Source: an uncultured Planctomycetia bacterium (GTDB lineage: Bacteria > Omnitrophota > Gorgyraeia > JABMRG01 > JAFGKX01). Taken from it: a DNA stretch of 64,000 nt. Position numbers and translations under genes: made by a program. Shown piece after piece: positions 18,767 to 28,763 of the stretch (within the stretch, counting starts at the first letter, position 1; each line of letters begins with the position of its first letter). Location: assembly GCA_964570585.1 (NCBI GenBank), contig CAZMYR010000002.1:7313-71312 (forward strand), given 5' to 3'. The notes beneath the pieces are model-generated. The model was not told the DNA's origin. It saw only the letters and a list, made by a program, of their open reading frames with translations, and ran no database searches.

Positions 18767-20590
18767 ATGAATAAGCTATCCAAAGAAACTACCATATGTT
18801 ATCTTCTCTTAATCTTGATAATATTTTTCCATGGAGCGACGAATTGTATCTGGCTTAAAGGAAATATGCTGGCACCATTTTGGGATGAGTCAAGACATCT
18901 TACAATTGCCCTTAGATACATCCGGTCTTTTCCGGATATATTTGTCTATAAAGAAAACTTTCCGATAAGTGAAAATGCAAATCATTATTCTGCCGTTTAT
19001 TCGCCTTTTTTCTATTTATCAACGACTCTTTTTAGTCTTGTTTGGGGAAATTCGCGGTTCTCACTCACTCTAACCAATCTGTTTTATATGGTAATTCTTT
19101 TATTTTCAACTTTTAAGATTGGGGAAAAATTATTCGATAAAAAGGTAGGATTGCTTTCTGCCTTTATTCTGTCCTTCTATCCTATTATTTTTGGGACTTC
19201 ACGGATGTTTCTGTTAGATTACGCGTTAACCTCCATGGTTGCCTTGAGCATCTATCTTCTTATTCAGACAAATTTTTTTAGAGACACAAAATTCGTTATT
19301 TTTTTTAGCTTGAGCGTAGCAACAGGAACTTTAATTAAAATATATTTTTTATTCTTCCTGATAGGTCCTTTGATGTATATATGTTTTAAGAATATAAAAG
19401 AGAAAAGTTTTCTGAATTCAAAAATTAACTATATGATATTTTTTGTAATAGGAATAATTTTGCCATTACTGTGGTATAGAGTAAATAGCACGCCTATTGT
19501 AGCTCGCTTTTCTCAATTAATAGATGCGCTTGAATATGTGTACACACACTATAAATCTATTTTTCTTATTATAGTCTTTTTGCCAATTTTGCTTATAGTA
19601 ATAAAATTATTCTTTAGGAAGCTGTTCAGTAAGTTTTTCAATGTTAAAGTTTTTTTAGGGATGTTTTTTTCTTTTCTTATTTTAACATTTATACTATATA
19701 TAGTAGATAGTCAAAAAACAACAACAATGAATATTTTGCCATTAGTTATATACTTCAGGCATTTTTTAAAAGAGCAGGCCGGTATATTTTTAGGGTTAAT
19801 CTTTATTTGCTCTGTTTATTATTTTCTTTTTAAAAAAGGGCCCCATGACAACCGGACTCTTCTTGCGGGATGGATTGTAATCCCTTATATGCTGTTTTCT
19901 CTTATCCGTTTTCTTTTCTGGGATGATATGAGATATACTATGCCTTATTTACCAGCTGTAGCTATTATTTCTGCATGCTGGGTAATAGAAAATAGACGTT
20001 TATTTTGGATTAAGATTTTTTCTTGTTTGCTTATAGCCTTAGGCGTTTTTTATTTTTTTATTCTATCCTTTGGCACTATTTTTTATACTGCCGAAAGCAA
20101 TCAACCTATTGTTTATTATAGCCAAATCGATAAAGCAAACACGCTACAGAGAATATTCTTACCTCATATAGCATCATTCTGGCTTATTCATCCTATGGAT
20201 AAAAGTAATTGGCAAATAAAAGAGGTTTTAGAATGGATAGCCAAAGATGCCAAAAAAAAAGGGGCAACTATAGGCCTGCTTGTAGATACTGATTGTATAA
20301 ATAATGAGACTTTTACATACTATACCTATGCTAACAGATTTCCTTTCAAGATTGTAAGGTGCGTGGATGAGATTAGAGAAGAACATTTTAATTTAGATTA
20401 TTTAATAACAGTGTCAAACCCAATATCATGGTATTGGTTTGAACGAAAGCAAAATGCGCTAACCCAACGAAAGCAAAATGTGCTAACCCTGACTAAATTA
20501 TTAAGGGATAAATATAAAAATAAATATAAACGAATTAAAGAATTTAAAGTGCCGAGCAATACTGTCTATATTTTTAAGATAAAGCAATAA
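18767..20590 (+). CDS. ArnT/PMT-like GT-C glycosyltransferase
   Basis: WDESRH acidic loop after TM1, YSPFFY, SRMFLLDY, many TMs, RYTMPYLP; 24-bp tandem duplication at 20442-20489. Confidence 0.85.
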   Translation: MNKLSKETTICYLLLILIIFFHGATNCIWLKGNMLAPFWDESRHLTIALRYIRSFPDIFVYKENFPISENANHYSAVYSPFFYLSTTLFSLVWGNSRFSLTLTNLFYMVILLFSTFKIGEKLFDKKVGLLSAFILSFYPIIFGTSRMFLLDYALTSMVALSIYLLIQTNFFRDTKFVIFFSLSVATGTLIKIYFLFFLIGPLMYICFKNIKEKSFLNSKINYMIFFVIGIILPLLWYRVNSTPIVARFSQLIDALEYVYTHYKSIFLIIVFLPILLIVIKLFFRKLFSKFFNVKVFLGMFFSFLILTFILYIVDSQKTTTMNILPLVIYFRHFLKEQAGIFLGLIFICSVYYFLFKKGPHDNRTLLAGWIVIPYMLFSLIRFLFWDDMRYTMPYLPAVAIISACWVIENRRLFWIKIFSCLLIALGVFYFFILSFGTIFYTAESNQPIVYYSQIDKANTLQRIFLPHIASFWLIHPMDKSNWQIKEVLEWIAKDAKKKGATIGLLVDTDCINNETFTYYTYANRFPFKIVRCVDEIREEHFNLDYLITVSNPISWYWFERKQNALTQRKQNVLTLTKLLRDKYKNKYKRIKEFKVPSNTVYIFKIKQ

Positions 20591-20722
20591 TTATTTATAT
20601 CGAGATAAAAATCGAATGCAGATTTCCAACCCACAGCCACCAAACGGGAACTAGCTATTGTTATAGCAGGGGAAAAATGCGTTGATCCTGAAAAAAGTAA
20701 GATTTTATGGTATATTGTGTAG

Positions 20723-20809
20723 TACCCGATAATAGAGGTTGATTTAGGTAAAGAAGGATTAAATACGCTGAAGTCTCTTGGATATACAAGAAAATCGCCT
20801 TCCCTGTAG
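20723..20809 (+). pseudogene. Possible sulfatase/phosphodiesterase C-terminal remnant
   Basis: YPIIEVDLGKEGLNTLKSLGYT after an in-frame stop; LxxLGY tails are typical of sulfatase-like proteins. Confidence 0.35.
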
Positions 20810-20933
20810 AAATCCACCCTTCGAAATTGCAAAGCAATTTCAAAGGACTAGTCCTATAAAAATGCGAAGCATTTTTGTAGGGAAGGATTTAAGTAGGACT
20901 AGCCCTGCTTAATTGCTTCGCGATTACGCAGGG
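20802..20933. mobile_element. Two nested copies of a 66-bp double-hairpin mini-element (inner copy 20817-20882)
   Basis: Removing 20817-20882 leaves a 66-bp unit 60/66 identical to the reverse complement of 50836-50901; the inner unit has the same CCCT...AGGACTAGTCCT...AGGG geometry. Confidence 0.8.
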
Positions 20934-20986
20934 CGGCGATAACTCTGATCCCCTAACGGGGAGGGTTCCCACTGCGCGATTTTCAG

Positions 20987-21057
20987 CGCCTTCGGCATGA
21001 TTTTCCCCTCGCATTCGCTCGGGATCCCTCATCGAGGGGTCCCGAGTATGCCGAGGG
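20987..21057. repeat. Additional palindromic REP-like unit upstream of wzm
   Basis: CCTTCGGCAT...CTCGGGATCCCTC-ATC-GAGGGGTCCCGAG-TATGCCGAGG. Confidence 0.5.
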
Positions 21058-21082
21058 AGAAATTCCATACCATAAATTAAAA

Positions 21083-21841
21083 ATGAATAAAATAAAAAGG
21101 ATATTAGGATTAAGCCTGGCAATAGCAAAGGCAGAGTTTAAGCTCAAGAACGAAGGCAGCTATTTAGGTATATTTTGGTACTTGTTCAATCCTCTGCTTA
21201 CCTTTCTTTTGCTTTTTGCGGTCTTTTTTGACAGGTTGGGGAAAGATATTCCCAATTATCCTCTTTATCTATTACTTGGCATTGTTATCTTTAACTTTTT
21301 CCAGCAAATAACTACAGAGGCCACAAAAGTTATACGGGAGAATAATTGGATAATAAAGTCCATAAAATTTCCCTATGAAGCCCTGATAGGTTCAATTGTT
21401 TTAAAGACCCTTTTTTCCCACATTTTTGAGATAGTTGTTCTGATTCTTTTTCTCTTTTTTTTCAAAATCCCTACAGCAAACTTTATCTTTTATCCTATAA
21501 TATTATGTTTCCTAAGTATCTTTGTTTTTGGGGCTGCGCTTATTCTTTCTTCCTTAACCGTCTATTTTATTGATTTGAGTAATATCTGGGTGTTTGTTTC
21601 TCGTTTAATTTGGTTAGGGACCCCTATCTTTTATGCCATCGGTGCCCAGAAAAGACTATTTTTCATTAATCTATTTAATCCCATGTATTATTTTATCACC
21701 ATAGCAAGAGAACTCATTATTTATACAAGAGTTCCCAAGTTATGGTTGATATTAGGAGCTATTGGTTATAGTTTGCTATTTTCGCTTGTGGGCTTATCCA
21801 TTTTTAATAAATTAAAAACCAAATTTGCTGAAATGATGTAA
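21083..21841 (+). CDS. wzm: ABC-2 polysaccharide exporter permease
   Basis: GSYLGIFWYLFNPLL, TPIFY, FNPMYYFI; about 6 TMs. Confidence 0.92.
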   Translation: MNKIKRILGLSLAIAKAEFKLKNEGSYLGIFWYLFNPLLTFLLLFAVFFDRLGKDIPNYPLYLLLGIVIFNFFQQITTEATKVIRENNWIIKSIKFPYEALIGSIVLKTLFSHIFEIVVLILFLFFFKIPTANFIFYPIILCFLSIFVFGAALILSSLTVYFIDLSNIWVFVSRLIWLGTPIFYAIGAQKRLFFINLFNPMYYFITIARELIIYTRVPKLWLILGAIGYSLLFSLVGLSIFNKLKTKFAEMM

Positions 21842-22575
21842 TGAAGAGCATAATCGTTGAAGGCGTTTGCAAAGAATTTAGGGTAGGTTTCAGGAAAAAT
21901 CAGCCTACTTTAGCCAGATTCATTTCACTCTTTTCCGGAAGGGAGCCTAAAAGAACCCTTAGGGCACTGGATGAGGTTTTCTTTGAACTTGAAGCAGGTC
22001 GAATTTTGGGCGTTATAGGTGAAAACGGCTCTGGGAAAAGCACATTGTTGAGGATTATTGCCGGGATATACACTAAAGATAAAGGCAGAATAGCCGTTAA
22101 CGGCAATGTAATTGCTTTAATAAATTTATATATTGGGCTAAAGGAAAGATTAGTCATGGAAGATAATATCTATCTGATTGGTTCTTTTCTCGGGTTGAGC
22201 CGGAAGGCACTTAAAGAAAGGTTTGACTCAATTGTTGAATTTTCAGAGCTCAAAGATTTTATTAATACAAAAATATATCAGTTTTCTAATGGGATGAGAC
22301 AGCGGCTTGCCTTCTCAATTGCAGTACATTGTAATCCCGATATTCTTCTGCTTGATGAGGTTTTTGAAGTAGGGGATGAACATTTCAGGCTTAAAAGCGC
22401 AGATAGACTCAAGGAATTGACGAAAAATGGAACCAGCGCTATCTTAGTTAGCCATGAAATGTGGATGGTGGAGAAGTACTGTGATAGAGTGATTTGGCTT
22501 GATAAAGGCAGGGTCATTAAAGAAGGCAAGACAGAAGATGTTATCAGGGAATATAAAAGAGCAGGTTCAAAATGA
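21841..22575 (+). CDS. wzt: ABC polysaccharide exporter ATPase, without a C-terminal carbohydrate-binding domain
   Basis: GENGSGKST, FSNGMRQRLAFS, LLLDEVFEVGD, LVSH. Confidence 0.92.
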   Translation: MKSIIVEGVCKEFRVGFRKNQPTLARFISLFSGREPKRTLRALDEVFFELEAGRILGVIGENGSGKSTLLRIIAGIYTKDKGRIAVNGNVIALINLYIGLKERLVMEDNIYLIGSFLGLSRKALKERFDSIVEFSELKDFINTKIYQFSNGMRQRLAFSIAVHCNPDILLLDEVFEVGDEHFRLKSADRLKELTKNGTSAILVSHEMWMVEKYCDRVIWLDKGRVIKEGKTEDVIREYKRAGSK

Positions 22576-23979
22576 AAGAGTCGAGCGAAAACGAATCCGA
22601 AGTACCATCCGCTGTAAATGAACTACTAATCTATAAAATATAGATAAAGACGCCAACCATTTCAGGGGAATATTTAACGGAATGAATTTACAATTTATTA
22701 AAAAACCAAGAATATCATGACACAATTGTATTTCCTCTTTTGTAAAATTAGGATAGCTGATAACTGCCTTTACTCTTTCAGTATAAAATTTTTCATCTGG
22801 CAACCAATTATTCTCCTCACAAATTCTCGCTAACGGGGTACCTGGATAGGGGGTAAAAATTTCCGAAGAATGGCCTGCTTTTAAAGGCAATTTTCGACAT
22901 AATTTCACTGTATCTAAAAACAGCTCTTTATTCTCAAAAGGAAGCCCTACCATTACCTGGGCATAACAGGATATGCCATGATTGGCGCATAAGTTGAAAC
23001 TATCTATTATTTGTTTATCGGTTATCTTTCTTTTTAAAATAGTCTTTCTAAATCTTTCATTGCCGTGTTCTACCCCCATTATTACCCATACAGTTCCTGC
23101 TGCTTCTTTTAATAAACTCACCATATCTGAATCTATCGTTCCAGGCCGCAAATTGCATTTAAGTGGATATCTAATCTTCTTTTTGTACAGTGTAAAAAAT
23201 TCATAGAACCATTTTCTGTTGAGAGATATTGTATCGTCATCCAATCTGATATACCCAGATTTGTGTTTCTTTATAGCCGCTATATTCAATTCAATCTCTT
23301 CAATGGCCTTTTGGGGAGAGCGTTGCCTAAAATAAGAACCTTGGTTTAGATATAAATCGTTTAATGCTTTACTTGAACAATACGAACATTCAAATGTACA
23401 ACCTCTGCTAAATATAAAACCATTTATACAATCAACAGCATCAACTGCTTTCTGGTTATCCAGGCACGTTTTGTCAGGGAATGGTAGCTCATCAAGATTT
23501 TTAATAAGGGGCCTAAGAGTATTTCTAACAATTTTATTTTTTTCTTTAAACCAGAAATTCTTGATTTTAGAGTAGCCCCTTTTATTCTTAAACGCCTCTG
23601 CAAGTTCCAACATGGCAAACTCGCCTTCCCCCCGAACTATGGCGTCTAATGCGGAGATTTCAGAAATACACTCCGGTTTAAAAGTAGGATGCTTTCCTCC
23701 GCAGACTACGAAACTGTGGGAAATTTCTTTTATCGCTTTTATAATTTCCTTTAGATAATTGAACTGATTGGTTGTTATAGCAAATCCAATTATATCCGGT
23801 TGTTGTATTTTTACCTTTTCATATAATGAGAGAATATCTTTTCTGTTCTTAAGCGGGATGTAGTCAACCGAATAATGGGCTTGTTTTAAAACAGCGTATA
23901 TATAACCTAAGCCGTAGCTATATATCCGTCCTCTCCACTCGGGAAGATTTATTGCAGGATATATCAAAAATATTTTCAT
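22567..23979 (-). CDS. Cobalamin-dependent radical SAM enzyme
   Basis: B12-binding N-domain (VCGGKHPT, VRGEGE); SRGCTFECSYC; GVEHG; TPYPGT. Confidence 0.9.
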   Translation of the reverse strand: MKIFLIYPAINLPEWRGRIYSYGLGYIYAVLKQAHYSVDYIPLKNRKDILSLYEKVKIQQPDIIGFAITTNQFNYLKEIIKAIKEISHSFVVCGGKHPTFKPECISEISALDAIVRGEGEFAMLELAEAFKNKRGYSKIKNFWFKEKNKIVRNTLRPLIKNLDELPFPDKTCLDNQKAVDAVDCINGFIFSRGCTFECSYCSSKALNDLYLNQGSYFRQRSPQKAIEEIELNIAAIKKHKSGYIRLDDDTISLNRKWFYEFFTLYKKKIRYPLKCNLRPGTIDSDMVSLLKEAAGTVWVIMGVEHGNERFRKTILKRKITDKQIIDSFNLCANHGISCYAQVMVGLPFENKELFLDTVKLCRKLPLKAGHSSEIFTPYPGTPLARICEENNWLPDEKFYTERVKAVISYPNFTKEEIQLCHDILGFLINCKFIPLNIPLKWLASLSIFYRLVVHLQRMVLRIRFRSTLSF

Positions 23980-25078
23980 TTTTTAAATTTTTTACAAAAG
24001 CTTCAAACCCTTTAGATGCTTTCATTATTTTTAAGTCTACTAACTGATTGCTATTTTTGAACTGCACTGAACCCGGATAATATGGGTTAATATCTGGATT
24101 TTCAATAATTTGTTCTGCTTGCCCCTTATTCTGCAGGAGCCAGTCTTTTGTCCATCTATTATTCCCATGCTCTCCTATCTTTTTTGCTTGTGCCAGAGCC
24201 CTTGAAAGGAAGTCGGATAGATATCTAAAATGAAATACAGCTCCTTCAATTTCTGATAAATCTGTCCCGAGGACATGGTGCTGCCCTTGACCTAAGAATA
24301 TGCCTGGCTTGAATTTTAAAAGGGGGACCTTATCTAAATTAACTCTAACACTGAAAATACGTTCGCGCATACCCCCAGTCATAATACTGCCCTCCTGCGG
24401 GGATAAATGCCTTAATCTGTAATGAGAATCTTTATCAAAATAAGGGCATCTCAACAGAGGATTCTCTCCCTGTTTATATTCAGCCAACCTTATCGGTTCA
24501 TTCGAATACATATCCAAAAGCATAGAGTATAATGCAGTAGAGCCTTCTTTATCTAAAAAATTACACAAACCCCTGATAGAAACCTTTTCGTAATGGGGAT
24601 AGATGAAAATTTCATCAGCATCTACGACTAAGCACCAATGGCCCCTCCCGTATTTACCCAATAGAACCCTTATCCATTCAACGCCGCAATTATACTTTCC
24701 ATAACTTTCATTTATTTTAAAAACATGAGTGTTTTTTCTGGATAATAAAAAAGATACAGTTCCGTCAGTCGAGCCATTATCAATAACAAAGAATCTGTTG
24801 ACACCCATCCTGGAATAATATTTGAAAATATAGGGCAGACGTAAAGATTCATTCCGGACAACCATAAACAGCCTTATTTCATCAGGGGCATGAGGTACTC
24901 GGACAGAATCAAGCTTACGGAGCTTTATAATTATTCTTATAGTTCTTAGGAGACGATGAAATCCATTCTTAAAAACCCAAGCCTTCCATACAAAATCCTT
25001 CCCAAAAACTAAGAGCCTCCAAAAGAGGTTCTTAGAATATCTTTTTCCTTCTATTTTTTGCCTTAAGTTTTTAAACAT
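23918..25078 (-). CDS. GT2-like glycosyltransferase (Glyco_tranf_2_4 type)
   Basis: VVRNE, IDNGSTDGT, WCLVVDADE. Confidence 0.85.
   Translation of the reverse strand: MFKNLRQKIEGKRYSKNLFWRLLVFGKDFVWKAWVFKNGFHRLLRTIRIIIKLRKLDSVRVPHAPDEIRLFMVVRNESLRLPYIFKYYSRMGVNRFFVIDNGSTDGTVSFLLSRKNTHVFKINESYGKYNCGVEWIRVLLGKYGRGHWCLVVDADEIFIYPHYEKVSIRGLCNFLDKEGSTALYSMLLDMYSNEPIRLAEYKQGENPLLRCPYFDKDSHYRLRHLSPQEGSIMTGGMRERIFSVRVNLDKVPLLKFKPGIFLGQGQHHVLGTDLSEIEGAVFHFRYLSDFLSRALAQAKKIGEHGNNRWTKDWLLQNKGQAEQIIENPDINPYYPGSVQFKNSNQLVDLKIMKASKGFEAFVKNLKNENIFDISCNKSSRVERTDI
24428..25072. repeat. 645-bp direct repeat, second copy at 26148-26792
   Basis: Identical sequence at offset 1720 covering the N-terminal ~215 codons of two GT2 paralogs. 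Confidence 0.9.
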
Positions 25079-25081
25079 TTT

Positions 25082-25723
25082 TCATTTATTTACAATTATT
25101 GCCTTTTTTCTAATACACCACTGCGTGCTGTTATCCAAATAAATGATTTCGTAATTATGTTTTTTTATAAACTCTTTAACTGCCTTATAAACTCCATGAT
25201 GTATATGCTTTGGATAAGGGAAAAAATCATGTCCGGCAATAAAACCTTCTTCCTTTACTTTATCTTTTAAAATTTCTAATTCTTTTTTACATTGTTCATA
25301 ACTATGGCAGGTATCTAAATAAACCCAGTCGAAATAGCGATTTGGAAATCTTTTTAAAGCAAATAAATCATTATCAATGTGAAAGGCGCATACCTTATTT
25401 TTATCATACTTCTTAACAATTCTCTTCGCTTCCTCAAAGGTTTCTCTGGTTTTAAGTTTCCCGAAATTATCGCAAGGGGTGTTCCACGAAAAATATTCCC
25501 CCCTTACTTTCCACCAGCCATCTATCAAATATAATTTTTTCGGTTGAATAACTTTTAGAATATATTTTGAGAACTCCCCTTTAAAAACTCCTATTTCAGC
25601 ACCAATTGAATTCTTTGGTAAAATTTTAAGGAATTTTGCCCTTCCTTTACCGCTTGGTTTTTTAAGCAAAGAATACAAAAATTTCCAGATAAAATTTAAT
25701 TTTTGTCTTAAGTTCTTAAACAT
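25082..25723 (-). CDS. Class I SAM methyltransferase (Methyltransf_24-like)
   Basis: IGAEIGVFKGEFS, FDWVYLDTCHSYE, GFIAGHD; second Met (25723) preferred as start. Confidence 0.85.
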   Translation of the reverse strand: MFKNLRQKLNFIWKFLYSLLKKPSGKGRAKFLKILPKNSIGAEIGVFKGEFSKYILKVIQPKKLYLIDGWWKVRGEYFSWNTPCDNFGKLKTRETFEEAKRIVKKYDKNKVCAFHIDNDLFALKRFPNRYFDWVYLDTCHSYEQCKKELEILKDKVKEEGFIAGHDFFPYPKHIHHGVYKAVKEFIKKHNYEIIYLDNSTQWCIRKKAIIVNK

Positions 25724-26798
25724 TTTTTGCATTTTTCACAAACAATTCAAACCCATCAGATGTTTTCATTATTTTTAAATCCACTAATTGATTGCTACTT
25801 TCGAATTTTATTGAATTTTGGTAATATAGATTAATACCGGGGTTTTCGGTTATTCTTTTTGCATATTCTTTATATTCTATGGCCCCCTCCCAATGTTCTT
25901 CTCTTTTTAGTTCTTCTAGAACTCGTGGGATGAAGTCAGATGCATATTTAAAATGAAATACAACTCCTTCGATTTTTGATAAGTCTACCCCAGGAGTATA
26001 GTGCTGACCTACCGTCAAAGAAATTCGAGGGGTAAATTTTAAAAGAGGAACTTTACTTAAAGAAGACGTAGTAACACCAAAGACGCGTTTGCGCATACCA
26101 CCCACGCAGCCATATCTCGGTATTGGACCCCCAGCCCGGTAATGGGTATCTTTATCAAAATAAGGGCATCTCAACAGAGGATTCTCTCCCTGTTTATATT
26201 CAGCCAACCTTATCGGTTCATTCGAATACATATCCAAAAGCATAGAGTATAATGCAGTAGAGCCTTCTTTATCTAAAAAATTACACAAACCCCTGATAGA
26301 AACCTTTTCGTAATGGGGATAGATGAAAATTTCATCAGCATCTACGACTAAGCACCAATGGCCCCTCCCGTATTTACCCAATAGAACCCTTATCCATTCA
26401 ACGCCGCAATTATACTTTCCATAACTTTCATTTATTTTAAAAACATGAGTGTTTTTTCTGGATAATAAAAAAGATACAGTTCCGTCAGTCGAGCCATTAT
26501 CAATAACAAAGAATCTGTTGACACCCATCCTGGAATAATATTTGAAAATATAGGGCAGACGTAAAGATTCATTCCGGACAACCATAAACAGCCTTATTTC
26601 ATCAGGGGCATGAGGTACTCGGACAGAATCAAGCTTACGGAGCTTTATAATTATTCTTATAGTTCTTAGGAGACGATGAAATCCATTCTTAAAAACCCAA
26701 GCCTTCCATACAAAATCCTTCCCAAAAACTAAGAGCCTCCAAAAGAGGTTCTTAGAATATCTTTTTCCTTCTATTTTTTGCCTTAAGTTTTTTGGCAT
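25716..26798 (-). CDS. GT2-like glycosyltransferase (paralog of 23918-25078)
   Basis: Same motifs; divergent C-terminal third. Confidence 0.85.
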   Translation of the reverse strand: MPKNLRQKIEGKRYSKNLFWRLLVFGKDFVWKAWVFKNGFHRLLRTIRIIIKLRKLDSVRVPHAPDEIRLFMVVRNESLRLPYIFKYYSRMGVNRFFVIDNGSTDGTVSFLLSRKNTHVFKINESYGKYNCGVEWIRVLLGKYGRGHWCLVVDADEIFIYPHYEKVSIRGLCNFLDKEGSTALYSMLLDMYSNEPIRLAEYKQGENPLLRCPYFDKDTHYRAGGPIPRYGCVGGMRKRVFGVTTSSLSKVPLLKFTPRISLTVGQHYTPGVDLSKIEGVVFHFKYASDFIPRVLEELKREEHWEGAIEYKEYAKRITENPGINLYYQNSIKFESSNQLVDLKIMKTSDGFELFVKNAKNV

Positions 26799-26830
26799 TT
26801 TATTTAGGTATTCCCATCAAAAATAAGCTT

Positions 26831-27742
26831 TTATGCCACTTCTTTACAATTATTCTTTGCTATATTAAATCTTCTGATAGCTTCTGATATAGAATTATAC
26901 TGCCTCCACCAACCCATTTTTCTATTTATTTCACTTTGCCGTGTTTGATATAATTCATATCGTTTGAGAACATAGTTCAAGTCAATGTACTTATAGTGCA
27001 ATAATTTTAATTCCCCAGAACTGTCAACAACTATTTTTCCTACTGGATTGGCACGATGGCATCCGTACTGGTAGTTTATTTTATAAATTGCATTTGGATT
27101 AAATATACAAGGTTTACAATAGTTCTTGTTGAATATACCTAACTTTATTTCGTCATAGACCATACCAGGGAATGTTGGCAATGTTTCTGAGAACATATCA
27201 AAACCTAAAGGGATGGGAACAGTAATCCCTTTTTTTTTACACACCCTTAAATATTCAATTAAATTTTTATGCCATAAAATTTCATCTATATCGACAACAG
27301 CAACCCAATCAGCTAAACCTCTACTTTTTTCCCATTCATTATTTTTAATTCGAAGACAAATATCTTCTCTAATTTTACCGGCAGTATCAAATTGTATTAA
27401 TTTCGTCTTTGGGAAATTTTTAATTATAGCTACAGAATTATCATCGGACATGTTGTCATATATAAAAATTTTGTCTGCTATATTAGAATAGTGCCTTAAG
27501 AAATATGGTAATAGTATCTCTTCGTTCCAGCAAACTGCATAAACATGAATTATTAACTGTGCAGAAAAACATCTTCGAGCTCGCCAGAAACTTCCTCTAA
27601 GTGAAAAATCGGCACGTTGCATCAGAGATTGTCCTATGCGATGGATAATCCAAAGCAAATCTTTCCAGAAAACTAAACTCTGCCAAAAAAAATTCTTTGA
27701 ATTCCTTTTTTCTTCTATTTTATTTCTTAGTTTTTTAAACAT
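26831..27742 (-). CDS. GT2-like glycosyltransferase
   Basis: VCWNEE, IYDNMSDDNS, WVAVVDIDE, LLHYKY. Confidence 0.85.
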   Translation of the reverse strand: MFKKLRNKIEEKRNSKNFFWQSLVFWKDLLWIIHRIGQSLMQRADFSLRGSFWRARRCFSAQLIIHVYAVCWNEEILLPYFLRHYSNIADKIFIYDNMSDDNSVAIIKNFPKTKLIQFDTAGKIREDICLRIKNNEWEKSRGLADWVAVVDIDEILWHKNLIEYLRVCKKKGITVPIPLGFDMFSETLPTFPGMVYDEIKLGIFNKNYCKPCIFNPNAIYKINYQYGCHRANPVGKIVVDSSGELKLLHYKYIDLNYVLKRYELYQTRQSEINRKMGWWRQYNSISEAIRRFNIAKNNCKEVA

Positions 27743-28763
27743 TTTTCCATTTAATCAATTTAAATATTTCAGAATCTGCAATTTTCCTTTTTGGTTGGAT
27801 TTGCTTTCGTAGTGTCAGGGTTTTTTTAAAGTTTGCAATATTCCAAATTAAGGCTCTTGTTGGTATAAAAACATATTTAAATCTTGTGCAGAACCCAAGG
27901 TTTTTAACTAAAGGGACTAATCTAAAATTTTCTATTTTTCTGTTAAGTAAATATCCTATAGAGAAGTAAGTATAATTTATGAATAATAATGGAATAATTT
28001 TTATTAGTGTTTTTAACTCATAGTTTTTAATTACTGTGCAAAGTCCATTTCTTTTACAAAGATAAGTCTTTTGTAAAGCATATTTTTTCCAAGAAGCACC
28101 AAATTTATGATATACAATTGCTTTTTCTGCAAATATTATTTTATAGCCAAAAAGATTCGCTCTCCAGCCCCAATCTAAATCCTCATTGTAAGCAAAATAC
28201 CTGTCATCAAAAAGTCCAATCTCATTTAAGGATTCTGTTTTTAAAAGCATTGCTGCTCCACAAGCAAAGATTACTTTTTTAGGAAATCTCTTAATATCTT
28301 CTCTCCTTTTAAACATATTAATACCATAGCCGTCTCCTATTATTGTAGAAGTTGCGCCCTGGCTATTTATTATTTCTGGATTGTCATAAAATAGTATATT
28401 TGAAGCAACTGCAGCTATGTTTGATTCAGATTCAATTGCTTTAATTAAATATTTTAACCAATTTTTGTCAACTTTTGTATCATTATTAAGAAGAGCAATG
28501 TATTTTGGATTATAATTTTCTATACAGTATTTAACTCCGTTATTAATCGCATGAGCAAACCCATAATTTCTGTCAAGGCATAGTATGTCAATATCAAGTC
28601 CTGGCAAATCTTTTACATATTGAACACTTTTGTCTTTAGAGGCATTATCAATAAAAACCGTCTTAATCTCTTTGTAAGATTGTTTAGCCAAAGAGGTTAA
28701 ACAATCTTTTAAATGCTGTTGCCCATTAAAATTAGGGACTAAAATTGTTGTCTTGTATTTCAT
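27735..28763 (-). CDS. Glycosyltransferase family 2
   Basis: VPNFNG, IDNASKD, LLNNDT, YNEDLDWGWR. Confidence 0.9.
   Translation of the reverse strand: MKYKTTILVPNFNGQQHLKDCLTSLAKQSYKEIKTVFIDNASKDKSVQYVKDLPGLDIDILCLDRNYGFAHAINNGVKYCIENYNPKYIALLNNDTKVDKNWLKYLIKAIESESNIAAVASNILFYDNPEIINSQGATSTIIGDGYGINMFKRREDIKRFPKKVIFACGAAMLLKTESLNEIGLFDDRYFAYNEDLDWGWRANLFGYKIIFAEKAIVYHKFGASWKKYALQKTYLCKRNGLCTVIKNYELKTLIKIIPLLFINYTYFSIGYLLNRKIENFRLVPLVKNLGFCTRFKYVFIPTRALIWNIANFKKTLTLRKQIQPKRKIADSEIFKLIKWKNV

Noticed and set aside
20252-20260. Poly-A tract in the GT-C gene as a phase-variation switch
   Set aside because: A/T runs of 8-9 nt are common in this AT-rich sequence and the frame is intact.
17160-21060. 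CRISPR array or integron attC sites among the palindromes
   Set aside because: No regular repeat-spacer periodicity, no cas genes, and no RYYYAAC/GTTRRRY-bounded cassettes; the integrase looks phage-type rather than IntI.
24428-26792. Diversity-generating retroelement (TR/VR pair) as the cause of the repeats
   Set aside because: Copies look identical rather than differing at adenines, lie in coding domains, and no reverse transcriptase is in the window.
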